Shown: positions 10,575 through 20,740, numbered from the stretch's first letter. The stretch: 64,000 nt of DNA from an uncultured Syntrophomonadaceae bacterium (GCA_964467475.1 CAYXQO010000008.1:490-64489); one strand, 5' to 3'. Notes: generated by a model not told the origin, from the letters alone. Program-made: numbers and translations.

Positions 10575-10653
10575 ACTTCCCTGTAACACTATAATTATCT
10601 ATGCTTAACCATGCTGCCCGGCCCGGTAAAGCCGACAGGCAATTTTGCTTTAT

Positions 10654-12870
10654 TTAATGTGCTTGTTTTTGCTGCTGCATGATAAAGGATAAGAAGACAT
10701 GGACCAGTTCGGGGTCGAACTGGGTCCCGGCATTTCTTTCTATCTCGGTCAGCGCTTCCTTGGAGTTTGCCGCTTTTTGGTAAGGCCGTTCGTGGGTCAT
10801 TACGTCATAGGCATCGCAGATGCTTAAAATCCGGCATTCTAAGGGGATTTCTGTACCTTTTAGTCCCAGGGGGTAGCCGTTGCCGTCCCAGTGCTCGTGG
10901 TGGCTCAAGATCAAGTTGGCGATCCCGGCTAAGTCGGAGGAAGAAGAAGCAATGCGGGATCCTTTTTCCGGGTGCAGCTTCATTATTTCCCACTCTTCTT
11001 CGGTTAGCGGGCCCGGCTTGTAGAGGATATGGTCGGGAATACCTACTTTGCCCAGGTCGTGTACCCGCACGAGCAGGGCCAGATCGGAAATTTGTTTTGA
11101 ATCAAGGCTTAATTTTTCTGCGAACTTCATGCACAGCTCTTCTAAGCGCTCAATGTGCCCCTCTGTGATATAGTCTCTTTCAGCAAGGGCTGCAGTGAGA
11201 CTCTGCACTACACCGTTGCGCGCGCTTTTACTGCGATGCAGCTTATCCCTGAACATCAAATCGTCGGCTTGTTTGACCAGTCTCTTAAGCGGGATGCTGT
11301 CTTTTTCCGCCGTAGCCACTCCCATAGAAACGCTCAAGGGCAGCTCGGGGTTATGGTTGTTGTAATGGGCTACCTGGTAGCGGATTTGCCGGGCCAGGCA
11401 TTCTCCTTCGGTTTTACCCGTAAGAGGGAGGATTGCTGTAAATTCATCGCCGCCGACCCGGCCTAAAACGCCGTTGTGATCAAAGGTTTCTTTCAAGATA
11501 TCGGCGCAGATTTTTAGCAGCCGGTCGCCCGCTTCGTGGCCGATCGTATCGTTGATTAGTTTGAGCCCATCAATATCGATGGAAATAATTGTGACCGGGT
11601 AACTGGGTTCTTCTGCTAAAAATTTCAACTTGGCTTCGAAGAAAGCTCGGTTGTAAAGACCGGTCAACTGATCGTGATAACTGAGATAGTATAGTTTTTC
11701 TTCACTGTAATCAAGGGCTTCTTCCGCGGTGGTTAGTTTTTTGAGCATGCTCTCCATTTCCTGGTTTGTTTTTTTTAGTTCCTTTTCGTTCTCCGTTAAC
11801 TGATAGAAATATTCCTGGGCTTTATCAAGCAAACTGTTGATTGTCTCGGTGAGAAGGGCCATTTCGTTGTTTTTCGGAGCAGGCAGGCGGTAAGAGAGAT
11901 CCCTGTCAACTTCAACTTTGCGCAAATTGTTTTCAAGCTGCAGCATGGGTTTGTGCACATGGATATGGTTGTAAGCCAAAAAGAGCAGGGCGATCAGCAA
12001 GGAGGCCGTGCCGGCAAATAAAAATTCGGCGGTCATTTTTTCCGAGCTTCCGGTAAAAACACTAAAAGGAATATAGGAGGCCATGTGCCAGCCGGTATCT
12101 TCGATCGGCAGGTAGGCCATGTAGCCGTTTTTTTCTGCCAGGTTTATGCGGGCAACCCCGTTTTCAATATTGTCAACCTTTTTTTCACCGTATTTTTCTT
12201 CAAAAGTAACCAGTTCGCCATGTGGGTTGTATCCCAGCTTCGGGTGGGCCAGCAAGTGTCCTTCTTTGTCGATTAGGAAAGAAAATTCGCCTTCTTCCAC
12301 TTCCCGAGCAGCTTCTGCGGTTTCAATCAGGTGGTTGATTTTATCAATGGGGATATCGCCACCGACAACGCCCAGGAATTCTTTGTCCGGACAGTACACC
12401 GGGTGGGCAATAGTAAAGATTACATCATCCCGGCTGGCGTTGATAAAAGCTTCGGTGAAAACGGTATCACCTTTTTCCCTGGCCTGGTTGTACCAGGGGC
12501 GTTCGCAAAGGTCGAAACCAGGGGGTGGTTCCCAGCCGCTGGCATTGATCATCTCGTTTTCGGGAGTGCCGAAATAGATCGAGTTGAACCCATCGTTATT
12601 TTCTAAGAGGGAACGCAAGTAGAGCAATATTTCCTCATCGTCCCACTGCTGTAGAGCAATGAAGTCTCCGGCTGCCTCGATGGTATGGGTATGTTTGTTC
12701 AGCCAGCCGTTAATTTCTTCGCTTTTGGAGTGGACAGAAAGCTCCGCCGCCTTACGGGCTTGTTCCTGCAAATGCTGGTTGGTCCCATGATACTGGTAGT
12801 ACCATCCACTAAAAAAGACAATTATTAGGATGAAGGCGAGAATGTATAAGTTCCTGACCAAACGCTGCAA
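10654..12870 (-). CDS. dCache-HAMP-GGDEF-HD-GYP membrane c-di-GMP enzyme
   Basis: TM, Cache (RPWYNQA...FTEAFINA), TM, HAMP, RVGGDEF, VHDLGK, HHEHWDGNGYP. Confidence 0.93.
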   Translation of the reverse strand: MQRLVRNLYILAFILIIVFFSGWYYQYHGTNQHLQEQARKAAELSVHSKSEEINGWLNKHTHTIEAAGDFIALQQWDDEEILLYLRSLLENNDGFNSIYFGTPENEMINASGWEPPPGFDLCERPWYNQAREKGDTVFTEAFINASRDDVIFTIAHPVYCPDKEFLGVVGGDIPIDKINHLIETAEAAREVEEGEFSFLIDKEGHLLAHPKLGYNPHGELVTFEEKYGEKKVDNIENGVARINLAEKNGYMAYLPIEDTGWHMASYIPFSVFTGSSEKMTAEFLFAGTASLLIALLFLAYNHIHVHKPMLQLENNLRKVEVDRDLSYRLPAPKNNEMALLTETINSLLDKAQEYFYQLTENEKELKKTNQEMESMLKKLTTAEEALDYSEEKLYYLSYHDQLTGLYNRAFFEAKLKFLAEEPSYPVTIISIDIDGLKLINDTIGHEAGDRLLKICADILKETFDHNGVLGRVGGDEFTAILPLTGKTEGECLARQIRYQVAHYNNHNPELPLSVSMGVATAEKDSIPLKRLVKQADDLMFRDKLHRSKSARNGVVQSLTAALAERDYITEGHIERLEELCMKFAEKLSLDSKQISDLALLVRVHDLGKVGIPDHILYKPGPLTEEEWEIMKLHPEKGSRIASSSSDLAGIANLILSHHEHWDGNGYPLGLKGTEIPLECRILSICDAYDVMTHERPYQKAANSKEALTEIERNAGTQFDPELVHVFLSFIMQQQKQAH

Positions 12871-13051
12871 CTAAATCGCCCCTAAAACAAATTTAAACGG
12901 TTCTACTCTACTCTGGTGTTGAAAAGTTTTCCGGTTGATTAATATCGTAGGTAATCTTGATGTGGAGATATTATATCACACCAAAATGAATTTAAGCCAG
13001 CTAATTTATAAAATTACTAGTTGTAATTTTTCGAACCTTTTTCAGGAAAAA

Positions 13052-13453
13052 TTAGTGCAGGGTGTCTTCTTCCGGGTTTTTCAGGACTGAACCACGGTGA
13101 GGGATAACTTTCCTGACCCCGCCTTTTGGATCGGGAACATCGCCCCGGTAGCGGGGAATAATATGGATGTGGAAGTGAAAGACAGTCTGGCCGGCCGCAG
13201 ATCCTACATTAGCTCCGATATTGTATCCGTCGGGGTTATATTTTTGCTGGAGGTATTCCTTCACCTTGTGAGTTAACCTGACCATGGCGGTATGCTCCTC
13301 AAAAGAGGCCTCGAAATAGGTTTCCACATGGCGCTTGGGAATAACCAGGATATGACCCCGGTTTACAGGGCAGCCATCATAGAAGGCCAGGGCAAGTTCA
13401 TTTTCGGCAACTACGTTAAGTTTTTCGCGCCTGCAAAAAATGCAAGATTCCAA
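13052..13453 (-). CDS. HIT-family nucleotide hydrolase
   Basis: CIFC N-terminus, GHILVIPKRH, histidine triad HFHIH; start reassigned to TTG at 13453 behind AAGGAGG. Confidence 0.92.
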   Translation of the reverse strand: MESCIFCRREKLNVVAENELALAFYDGCPVNRGHILVIPKRHVETYFEASFEEHTAMVRLTHKVKEYLQQKYNPDGYNIGANVGSAAGQTVFHFHIHIIPRYRGDVPDPKGGVRKVIPHRGSVLKNPEEDTLH

Positions 13454-13604
13454 TGAGAAAGTCCTCCTTGTTATTTGCAGGGAGGTTTGTTCATGTTCCC
13501 AGCCTCCCCAGGGCCTGTTGACCCTGCTCATTACTATAACATATTTTAAGGATTCCCTGACAGATGATTTAAAAACTGATTTTTGGAGGTACAAAAAACA
13601 GGGC

Positions 13605-13629
13605 AGGATATTTTAACGGGCTGGTGAAT
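13605..13629 (+). promoter_or_regulatory. sigmaH-type promoter
   Basis: AGGA-17-GAAT upstream of the CAP-domain gene. Confidence 0.55.
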
Positions 13630-13676
13630 TATTAAGAACAGATCTTAAATAACCAGCGAGCAATGGGAGTTGCCTG

Positions 13677-14378
13677 ATGAAACTAAAAAAATCCACATTT
13701 GCCTGTTTGTTTGCCTGTTTGATTGTTTTGTTTTCTGCCATCGGTTTTTACTATGCTCCGGGTGCTGCAGCCGGTGGTAACACGACCGAAGAGGACTTTT
13801 GCGGGGAGTCGGCATTTGATTTTTTGGGTATGATCTACCAGGGGCAGGCACTTTTCACAGGTGAAGGAGGTAAAACAGCGCGGCCAGAACCGTCGCCCGG
13901 CTTTGATATTTCTCTTCCCTCTGAAGAAAGTATGCCGCCTCACCCGGCCAGGGTAGCGGCTGCAGAGAGCAGCAGTGGCAGCGGGGTTTCGCTCAGCAGG
14001 AGCGAGCAGCAAATGCTCAGCTTGATCAACCAGGCCAGGAATAACGCCGGACTGCCTTCTTTGCAAGTATGCAGCCGCACTACTACAGCAGCCCGGGCGA
14101 AAAGCAGGGATATGGCCCAGAACAATTATTTCAGCCATACTTCTCCCACTTACGGCCGCTTTACCGTTCTGCTGAACCATTACGGGGTCAGCTACCGCAC
14201 GGCGGCGGAAAATATTGCCTGGAATACCAGCGGCAGTGCAAATACTGCGCATAACAGCTTCATGGGTTCACCTGGCCACAGGCGAAATATATTAGGTGGC
14301 AATTTTAATTACGTCGGAGTGGGAGTCTATTCCAGTGGCGGTCGCACTTATTTTACTCAACTGTTTGTGGGCCGCTGA
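13677..14378 (+). CDS. Secreted CAP/SCP-domain protein (YkwD-like)
   Basis: Signal peptide; MLSLINQAR...KSRDMAQNNYFSH...AAENIA...SPGHRRNIL. Confidence 0.9.
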   Translation: MKLKKSTFACLFACLIVLFSAIGFYYAPGAAAGGNTTEEDFCGESAFDFLGMIYQGQALFTGEGGKTARPEPSPGFDISLPSEESMPPHPARVAAAESSSGSGVSLSRSEQQMLSLINQARNNAGLPSLQVCSRTTTAARAKSRDMAQNNYFSHTSPTYGRFTVLLNHYGVSYRTAAENIAWNTSGSANTAHNSFMGSPGHRRNILGGNFNYVGVGVYSSGGRTYFTQLFVGR

Positions 14379-14401
14379 TCATTTTAAGGAGGAGCAGTGA
14401 A

Positions 14402-15763
14402 ATGAAAAAATATGATCTCATTGTTATTGGTGCGGGAACGGCGGGGATGAACCTTACCTACCCTCTGGCCGCACAGGGGTGGAACGTGGCTGTTGTGGAA
14501 AATAACCATGTGGGGGGAACCTGTATAAATATTGGCTGCATTCCTTCAAAAGCTTTGATCAGCTCAGGGCGGGCAATGCAGATGGTCCGTGAAGCGAAAA
14601 AATGGGGAGTTGTTGCCGGAGAGCCGCAGGCGGACTGGCCGGCGATGGTAGAGCGCAAAAACGAGCTGGTCGGGAAAATTCGTTCCCGCGGCTATAAAAA
14701 TATTGATCGTAATGATAAAATAACCCTTTATCAAGGCAGGGCAGCTTTTAGCGCGCCGGGCACATTAGAGGTTAACGGTGAAACCATCTCTGCCGGTAAA
14801 ATTGTTATTGCCGCCGGGGCGCGTACAGCTGTGCCCCCCTTGTCCGGCTTAAGCGACCTTGACTATCTCACTTCCACCTCGGTAATGGAGATGGAAACCC
14901 TGCCTGAGAGTATGCTGATTTTAGGCGGCGGTATTATCGCCCTTGAGTTTTCCCAGTTATTTCAACGCCTGGGGGTGGATGTTACCATCGTGCAGCGTGG
15001 TGATCGCCTTGCCCCTAACTTGGATCCGGAGATTTCTGATGAAATCCGCAGGGTCCTCGAGGAAGAAGGGGTTAAAGTTAAAACCGGCACCAAGATCAGC
15101 TCGGCCGGCAAAGAGGCTGAATCTGTTTATTTAATTGATGAAACTGAAAGCGGACCTGAGCGCTACACTGCCGATCAGATTCTGGTATCCACGGGACGAG
15201 CTCCCAATACCGATCAGCTTTCCCTGGAAAAGATAGGGGTCGAAACCGATAGCAGGGGTTTTGTAGTCGTCGATGAGCACTTTAAAACAAGCGCCGAGGG
15301 TATTTATGCTATCGGTGATGTAATCGGCGGAATGATGTTTACCCACAAGGCCTGGCATGATGCCAGCCTGTTAAGCCGCCATCTTGCCGGTGGAGAAAAA
15401 ATTGATCCGTCTAACCGGCTGATCCCGTTTGCCATATTTACCGAGCCGGAAATTGCCGGGGTCGGACTGGATCAAAAGTCAGCGGTTGAGGCGGGATACC
15501 AGGTTAAAATCCATCATTATCCCTTCCGTTTCCAGGGGCGGGCCAGGGCTATGGAAAAGTACGACGGTTTTATCAAGATGACCGTGGAACAAGATAGTGG
15601 TAAAATTTTAGGGACGCACATGATCGGCCCGGAAGCAGGTGAGTTGATTCATGAGTTGATCACCGCCATTTATTTCGGAGCCACGGTCCAGGATTTGAAG
15701 AACATGATCCATGTGCATCCTACCTTATCTGAAGCAATCATTAATACAGCGAGCGCAGGGTAA
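14402..15763 (+). CDS. Class I pyridine nucleotide-disulfide oxidoreductase (dihydrolipoamide dehydrogenase family)
   Basis: GAGTAG FAD motif; GGTCINIGCIPSK redox disulfide; GGGII NAD motif; C-terminal HPTLSE. Confidence 0.9.
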   Translation: MKKYDLIVIGAGTAGMNLTYPLAAQGWNVAVVENNHVGGTCINIGCIPSKALISSGRAMQMVREAKKWGVVAGEPQADWPAMVERKNELVGKIRSRGYKNIDRNDKITLYQGRAAFSAPGTLEVNGETISAGKIVIAAGARTAVPPLSGLSDLDYLTSTSVMEMETLPESMLILGGGIIALEFSQLFQRLGVDVTIVQRGDRLAPNLDPEISDEIRRVLEEEGVKVKTGTKISSAGKEAESVYLIDETESGPERYTADQILVSTGRAPNTDQLSLEKIGVETDSRGFVVVDEHFKTSAEGIYAIGDVIGGMMFTHKAWHDASLLSRHLAGGEKIDPSNRLIPFAIFTEPEIAGVGLDQKSAVEAGYQVKIHHYPFRFQGRARAMEKYDGFIKMTVEQDSGKILGTHMIGPEAGELIHELITAIYFGATVQDLKNMIHVHPTLSEAIINTASAG

Positions 15764-15824
15764 CAGAAAAAACAGGGTGCTTTCTTTTCTTTTTGCCCTT
15801 TGCTTTTCCTGAGGAGGTTTTTCA

Positions 15825-17030
15825 ATGTTTAAATATATAGTTATCGCTATGAGTGCAGCCCTGGTTATTGCTTTACCCGCCGGGGCTTTTTCCAGTGAAG
15901 GTTTGCCTGAAAAAGCCTATGAACAAGAAGAATCTCTTGAGGAAAACGAGCTTTTTGAAGAAGAACCCCCCGGTGAAATGCCACCTGATGCGCCGCCGGA
16001 TGAAGTCCCTGCTGAAGAAGAACACTATTACCGGGGGCGGGTTGTCGAGATTACAGACACCAGAGAAGATGACCAGCAGTACTTTACCGCGATTGAACAG
16101 GAGCTGGTGGTTGAGCTGACCAGCGGCCCTTACCGGGGAGAAAAGATTAATATTATCAATACCTACTTTGCCGGTGACCCGGTTTATGATTTCCTGGTGG
16201 AAGAGGGGCAAGAGGTAATCGTGGTCGCTTTTGGCGAGGAAGGTGATTTTAGCGAAGCCTACGTGCACGATTTAGCCCGCGACCGGGGAGTTTACTACCT
16301 GGTGGGACTATTTATGCTGGGCCTGCTCGTGGTCGGCCGGATGAAAGGTTTGAAAACGATTATCACCCTGGCGGTGACTGTGCTCCTTATCTTTCAGTTT
16401 TTACTTCCCCTGCTGCTTTTGGGCTACAGCCCGGTGCCGCTGGCCATAGTAACTGCCGCCCTGGCGATTACCTTTACCCTGTTTGTGATCGGTGGACTGA
16501 ACATGAAATCGCTGGTAGCGATCCTGGGCACGATCAGCGGGGTGGTCGTGGCCGGGCTAATGGCTTTTCTGGCCGGCAGCATTGCCCGCCTGACCGGCTT
16601 TGGCACCCATGAAGCGCAGATGCTTTACTTTCTCGATCACACCATCGATTTCCGGGGTCTGCTTTTTGCCGGGATCATCATCGGCTCCCTGGGGGCGATT
16701 ACCGATATCGGGATGTCGGTGGCTTCGGCGGCCGCTGAAATCAAGGAAGCCAAACCGGAGATTTCCGGCCGCGAACTATTCAAGGGGGCATTTAATGTAG
16801 GCCGTGATATTATGGGCACGATGGCCAATACCTTGATTCTGGCTTATGTGGGTGCGGCAACCCCGATGCTCCTTTTGGTGATGGGCTACGAGATGGACTG
16901 GCTGAGGGTGGTTAATATGGATTTGATTGCGACCGAATTTGTCCGCGGGGCAGCCGGCAGTATCGGCCTGGTCACTGCCGTGCCGGTTACCGCTTTCCTG
17001 GCGGCGTATTTAATGGTTCGCAGGAGTTAG
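15825..17030 (+). CDS. YibE/F-family membrane protein
   Basis: Acidic exported N-domain followed by multi-TM region with GAITDIGMSVAS and GRDIMGTMANTLILAY. Confidence 0.88.
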   Translation: MFKYIVIAMSAALVIALPAGAFSSEGLPEKAYEQEESLEENELFEEEPPGEMPPDAPPDEVPAEEEHYYRGRVVEITDTREDDQQYFTAIEQELVVELTSGPYRGEKINIINTYFAGDPVYDFLVEEGQEVIVVAFGEEGDFSEAYVHDLARDRGVYYLVGLFMLGLLVVGRMKGLKTIITLAVTVLLIFQFLLPLLLLGYSPVPLAIVTAALAITFTLFVIGGLNMKSLVAILGTISGVVVAGLMAFLAGSIARLTGFGTHEAQMLYFLDHTIDFRGLLFAGIIIGSLGAITDIGMSVASAAAEIKEAKPEISGRELFKGAFNVGRDIMGTMANTLILAYVGAATPMLLLVMGYEMDWLRVVNMDLIATEFVRGAAGSIGLVTAVPVTAFLAAYLMVRRS

Positions 17031-18442
17031 CCTGCCGCATTTTTGCCGGCGATCCGTCCCATTACCAGGCATTCGGTAATAGCGCAGCTGCCAAGCCGGC
17101 AGGCACCGTGGACTCCGGCGGTTGCTTCACCGGCGGCAAAAAGGCCTTCGATGGGTCCCTGGTCGCGATGAATCACCCGGGTTGAAGTGTCCACCTGGAT
17201 TCCGCCCATAGTGTAGTGTACTTTTGGCCACATGCGCATGGCGTAGAAAGGCGGGTGGACCAGTGGAACAGCGTCTTTTTGCACAGGTTTACAGAAGTCA
17301 CGGTCTTCTTTTAGCTCAATCATTTCATTGAACCGTTTCATGGTGGCCTCAAATTTGTTTTTCTCCATTTTGTAATGGGCTGCCAGTTCACCGGAAGTGT
17401 CAAAACAGCGGACTACCTCTTTATTGAGGGCCCTGGTTAGATCCCAGCCTGCCCGGGTTACTGCTTTTTCATCGGCAATACCGATAGCCGGATGTCCGAG
17501 CGCTAACATGGCTTCAGAAAGCATCTTGCGATCACCGAGTTCGTTAACAAAACGCTCCCCGGTTTTCGGGTCGACCATCATACCAAGCGGAATGGCAACA
17601 TATTCGCCGAACATGGGCCCCGTGCCGAAACCCTTCTCGTCGGGTGAAGTAGAGGGAGCGAGCTGGATCCGGGATAATTGGACCGGGTTGGCTCCTATGC
17701 TTAAAGTTTCCTTAATTATTTCAGCGGTAGCAAAACGCATGTTGGTGCTTTGCAAGTTCTCATCCAGGCGGGGATCCTGCGCTGCACGAAAGGCAATGTC
17801 GCTGCTGAAGCCCCCGGATGAGACGATTACCGCTTTTCTGGCAAAGCAGTTTGTTTTCTGCCCGGCGTCCTGATCACTTCTGTTATTGCCCTTGCTGAAA
17901 CGGTGGTTGAAGATAGTCTTAACCCCTGTGACTCTATTTTTATCCGGGGTGGTGATCAAAGATTCCACGTAGACCTGCAGGTAGACGGGGACTTTTAATT
18001 TTTTTAGCCGGGCCAGTTGTTTTTCGATCAGGTCTTTTCCCGATATTGACACCGGGGTATAGCTGCGGGCAATATTATGGCCGCCGAAAAGATCCACCCG
18101 GTTTAAAAATTTAACTCCCAGGTAGTCCCTGGCCCAGTAGAAGGCCTCTTTCGCATTTTCGGTCACAGTCTTTACCAGCTCCGGGTAATTCAGTCCTTCT
18201 CCGGCGGCAAGCATATCATCGTACATCTGCCCGGGAGAGTCGCTAATCCCTCTTTGTTCCTGGTAATCCGTTCCCGGGGCGGCGATGCCGCCATGGCTGA
18301 TCCGGGAGTTGCCCCCGGCAGAGCCCATTTTTTCGAGCACTATTACCCGGCAACCGGCTTCAGCTGCCTCGATTGCCGCTGCCAGCCCGGCAAAGCCGGA
18401 GCCGATCACGATTACGTCAGTTTCCAGGTCATATCCAGGCAT
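17027..18442 (-). CDS. Flavocytochrome c / fumarate reductase-family flavoprotein
   Basis: GSGFAG, GGNSRISHGG, HYTMGG, GLFAAGE, RLGSCAI; no signal peptide; start set at ATG behind AGGAG. Confidence 0.9.
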   Translation of the reverse strand: MPGYDLETDVIVIGSGFAGLAAAIEAAEAGCRVIVLEKMGSAGGNSRISHGGIAAPGTDYQEQRGISDSPGQMYDDMLAAGEGLNYPELVKTVTENAKEAFYWARDYLGVKFLNRVDLFGGHNIARSYTPVSISGKDLIEKQLARLKKLKVPVYLQVYVESLITTPDKNRVTGVKTIFNHRFSKGNNRSDQDAGQKTNCFARKAVIVSSGGFSSDIAFRAAQDPRLDENLQSTNMRFATAEIIKETLSIGANPVQLSRIQLAPSTSPDEKGFGTGPMFGEYVAIPLGMMVDPKTGERFVNELGDRKMLSEAMLALGHPAIGIADEKAVTRAGWDLTRALNKEVVRCFDTSGELAAHYKMEKNKFEATMKRFNEMIELKEDRDFCKPVQKDAVPLVHPPFYAMRMWPKVHYTMGGIQVDTSTRVIHRDQGPIEGLFAAGEATAGVHGACRLGSCAITECLVMGRIAGKNAAG

Positions 18443-18491
18443 GTGGATCACTCCTTTAAATTAATTGTCCGGGCTTGTATTTTTGTAACTG

Positions 18492-18708
18492 CTCAGCCGT
18501 GCTGCCTTTGGACTGGTGACGGCTCATCACGGGTAATGGCAACGACTCAGCTGCAGGCTTTCGCTTTGGTTGCCCTCGGCATTCGCCATCCATGGCTCAG
18601 GCCTCGGCGGCCTGCTTCCATGCAGGCCGACCGGCTACAACCTTTGCTTCGTCGGCCATTGCAACCGCTCTATCGCAATGTCTTCAGTCCAAAGGCAGCA
18701 CGGCTGAG
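18492..18708. mobile_element. Non-autonomous MITE-like element with 24-bp perfect terminal inverted repeats
   Basis: CTCAGCCGTGCTGCCTTTGGACTG (18492-18515) / CAGTCCAAAGGCAGCACGGCTGAG (18685-18708); internal palindromes; partial copies at 23410 and 9730. Confidence 0.7.
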
Positions 18709-18763
18709 TATACACGTATTTTTTAGCTTCCTTAAGTATAGTCCCTTAGTATCGACATTAGGA

Positions 18764-20167
18764 TCAACACTGGAGCAAAGCTACTGTTTCCACATGGCCG
18801 GTATGGGGAAACATGTCAAGTGGCTGGGCAATGGAAGCGCTGTAACCGACTGCTTGCAGATGGTTTAAGTCCCGGGCAAGGGTGGCCGGGTTGCACGATA
18901 TATAGATGATCCGTTCTGCCCCTGCCTTACTGACAGCATCAAGCAGCTCCTGTGAACAACCCTGGCGGGGTGGGTTCAGGACAATCGCCTTTGGCTGCCT
19001 TCCTTCGTCTAAAAGATCGGGGGTTTCTTCTACCCGGGCATGGACAAAGTGAAGATTGAGCATTTCGTTTAAAACAGCGTTTTCTTTAGCATCTTTTATC
19101 GCTGCTGCTTCAGAATCTACCCCGATTACTTCTTCGGCAGTCTGCCCCAGGTAAAGGGAAAAGTTCCCGGTACCGCAGTAAAGATCGAAGGCGGTGCGCG
19201 GCCTGCCGCACAGGGAGGCGGCCTGCTCGTAAAGTACAGCGGCCTGCTGCGGGTTTACCTGGAAAAAAGAGTCGGGTGATAAGTGGTAGCGGAAAGGTTC
19301 GATTATTTCTTCCAGGCCGGGCTCACCCCACAGGGTTAAATGGTTCCGGTTACTTTTTCCGGGTATCAGGAGGGTGATTCCTGATAGCGGGACTTCGCTG
19401 GTTCTGCCCAGTATGCCCGCCAGTTTGCTGTATTCTTTTTTTAATTGCCCCGGGTCCTTCCGGGCTGCGGCGCCAGGGGGAATTAAGGTAACCAGGCAGT
19501 TTCCGGTGGCAAAGGAAGTGCGGATGGTGGCCTCCTCAACCGGCAGAAAGACTTCCTGATTGCTTTTTCCAATGCCGGCTTTTTGCCTCTTCCCGGTATG
19601 GTTATTGAGCACGGTGCGCAGGGTGTTGATTGTCCTTGAAGCGTGGGGATGGAGGGCCGGGCAGTCCTCGATGTTGATGAGCCGGTGACTTTGCCGCCGG
19701 TAAAAGCCGCCGGTGACCCGGCCTTTCTCTATGGAAAAATGAACCCGGGCCTTGTTTCGGTAATGCCAGGGGTTCTCCATGCCGAGAACCGGCCGGGTTA
19801 TTATTTCTGCATTATCCAGGCCGGCAATGCGTTTTAAGGTTTCTGCGACCCGCTTTTTTTTCCAGGCAAGCTGTCCCGTGTAGTCGAGATGTTGTAGCTG
19901 GCACCCCCCGCAGGAAAAAAAATATTTACAATGCGGGGTTATCCGGTTTGGAGAAGCCTTTTCTACAGCAAGCAGCCTGGTTTCCCCGTGGTTTTTACGG
20001 AGTCTTTTTACTTCAGCGCTGACAACTTCCCCGGGCAAAGCCCCAGGCACAAACAGGGTAAAGCCATCTGTTTTGCCCACACCTTCGCCCATGTGATTGA
20101 GGTCGTTTATTTCAAGTTTTATAACCTGCCCCGGTTGGCAGGGCGGTTTTTTCATCTTTCCCATCAA
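18764..20167 (-). CDS. rlmD: 23S rRNA (uracil-C5)-methyltransferase RlmD/RumA
   Basis: TRAM domain; CxxxxxCGGC Fe-S motif; FFQVN; DLYCGTG; NPPR; YISCNP; DMFPHT. Confidence 0.93.
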   Translation of the reverse strand: MMGKMKKPPCQPGQVIKLEINDLNHMGEGVGKTDGFTLFVPGALPGEVVSAEVKRLRKNHGETRLLAVEKASPNRITPHCKYFFSCGGCQLQHLDYTGQLAWKKKRVAETLKRIAGLDNAEIITRPVLGMENPWHYRNKARVHFSIEKGRVTGGFYRRQSHRLINIEDCPALHPHASRTINTLRTVLNNHTGKRQKAGIGKSNQEVFLPVEEATIRTSFATGNCLVTLIPPGAAARKDPGQLKKEYSKLAGILGRTSEVPLSGITLLIPGKSNRNHLTLWGEPGLEEIIEPFRYHLSPDSFFQVNPQQAAVLYEQAASLCGRPRTAFDLYCGTGNFSLYLGQTAEEVIGVDSEAAAIKDAKENAVLNEMLNLHFVHARVEETPDLLDEGRQPKAIVLNPPRQGCSQELLDAVSKAGAERIIYISCNPATLARDLNHLQAVGYSASIAQPLDMFPHTGHVETVALLQC

Positions 20168-20199
20168 TTCACCAGGTTTCTGTGTATTTATGCTTCTGC

Positions 20200-20451
20200 C
20201 TATAATTTCGCCAGCCTGGCGATGTAAAGGACCAGCACCGCGCCTAAGAAAGCGACAACTATCGTGCTTATATTAAACCCTGTGATTGCGTTGTGGATAT
20301 TGAACAGCGCTCCGGCCAGCCAGCCGCCTACAAGTGCGCCGACAACCCCGATAATCATATTGCCGATCAGGCCGAAACCTTTGCCTTTCATTACCAGGCC
20401 GGCCAACCATCCGGCAATTAGACCGATTAGCAGCCAGGAGATAATCCCCAT
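20200..20451 (-). CDS. GlsB/YeaQ/YmgE-family (transglycosylase-associated) membrane protein
   Basis: WLLIGLIAGWLA...GNMIIGVVGALVGGWL...AFLGAVLVL. Confidence 0.9.
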   Translation of the reverse strand: MGIISWLLIGLIAGWLAGLVMKGKGFGLIGNMIIGVVGALVGGWLAGALFNIHNAITGFNISTIVVAFLGAVLVLYIARLAKL

Positions 20452-20740
20452 TTTGCTCACCTCTTTTTCGGCAAACCACTGTGCTTACAGTTGTGTCTGG
20501 TTTGCATGGTTAAATCATATTTCGCTAAGATAGAGGCAATTTCCTTTACCACCGGGGAAATAAATATAACGACAAGGGCAATTTGTAGCAGGATAAAGCC
20601 CGGCGGCATGGCGGTTAAAAAAATTGTTTATCGGGGAAGGTATCTTTCCGGCAGCAGCGAATTATTTTTCTCGGTCACCAATTGTTTACCCGCCCTGTTT
20701 GCAAGGAAAAGAAAAAGGCAAGGAAAGGAACGTGAGCTTG

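Noticed and set aside
14402-15763. Mercuric reductase MerA
   Set aside because: No N-terminal heavy-metal domain, no C-terminal Cys-Cys pair (ends INTASAG, keeps HPTLSE), and no mer genes nearby
18254-18868. 204-aa ORF on the + strand
   Set aside because: Overlaps two real minus-strand genes and reads through the MITE-like repeat; no recognisable motifs
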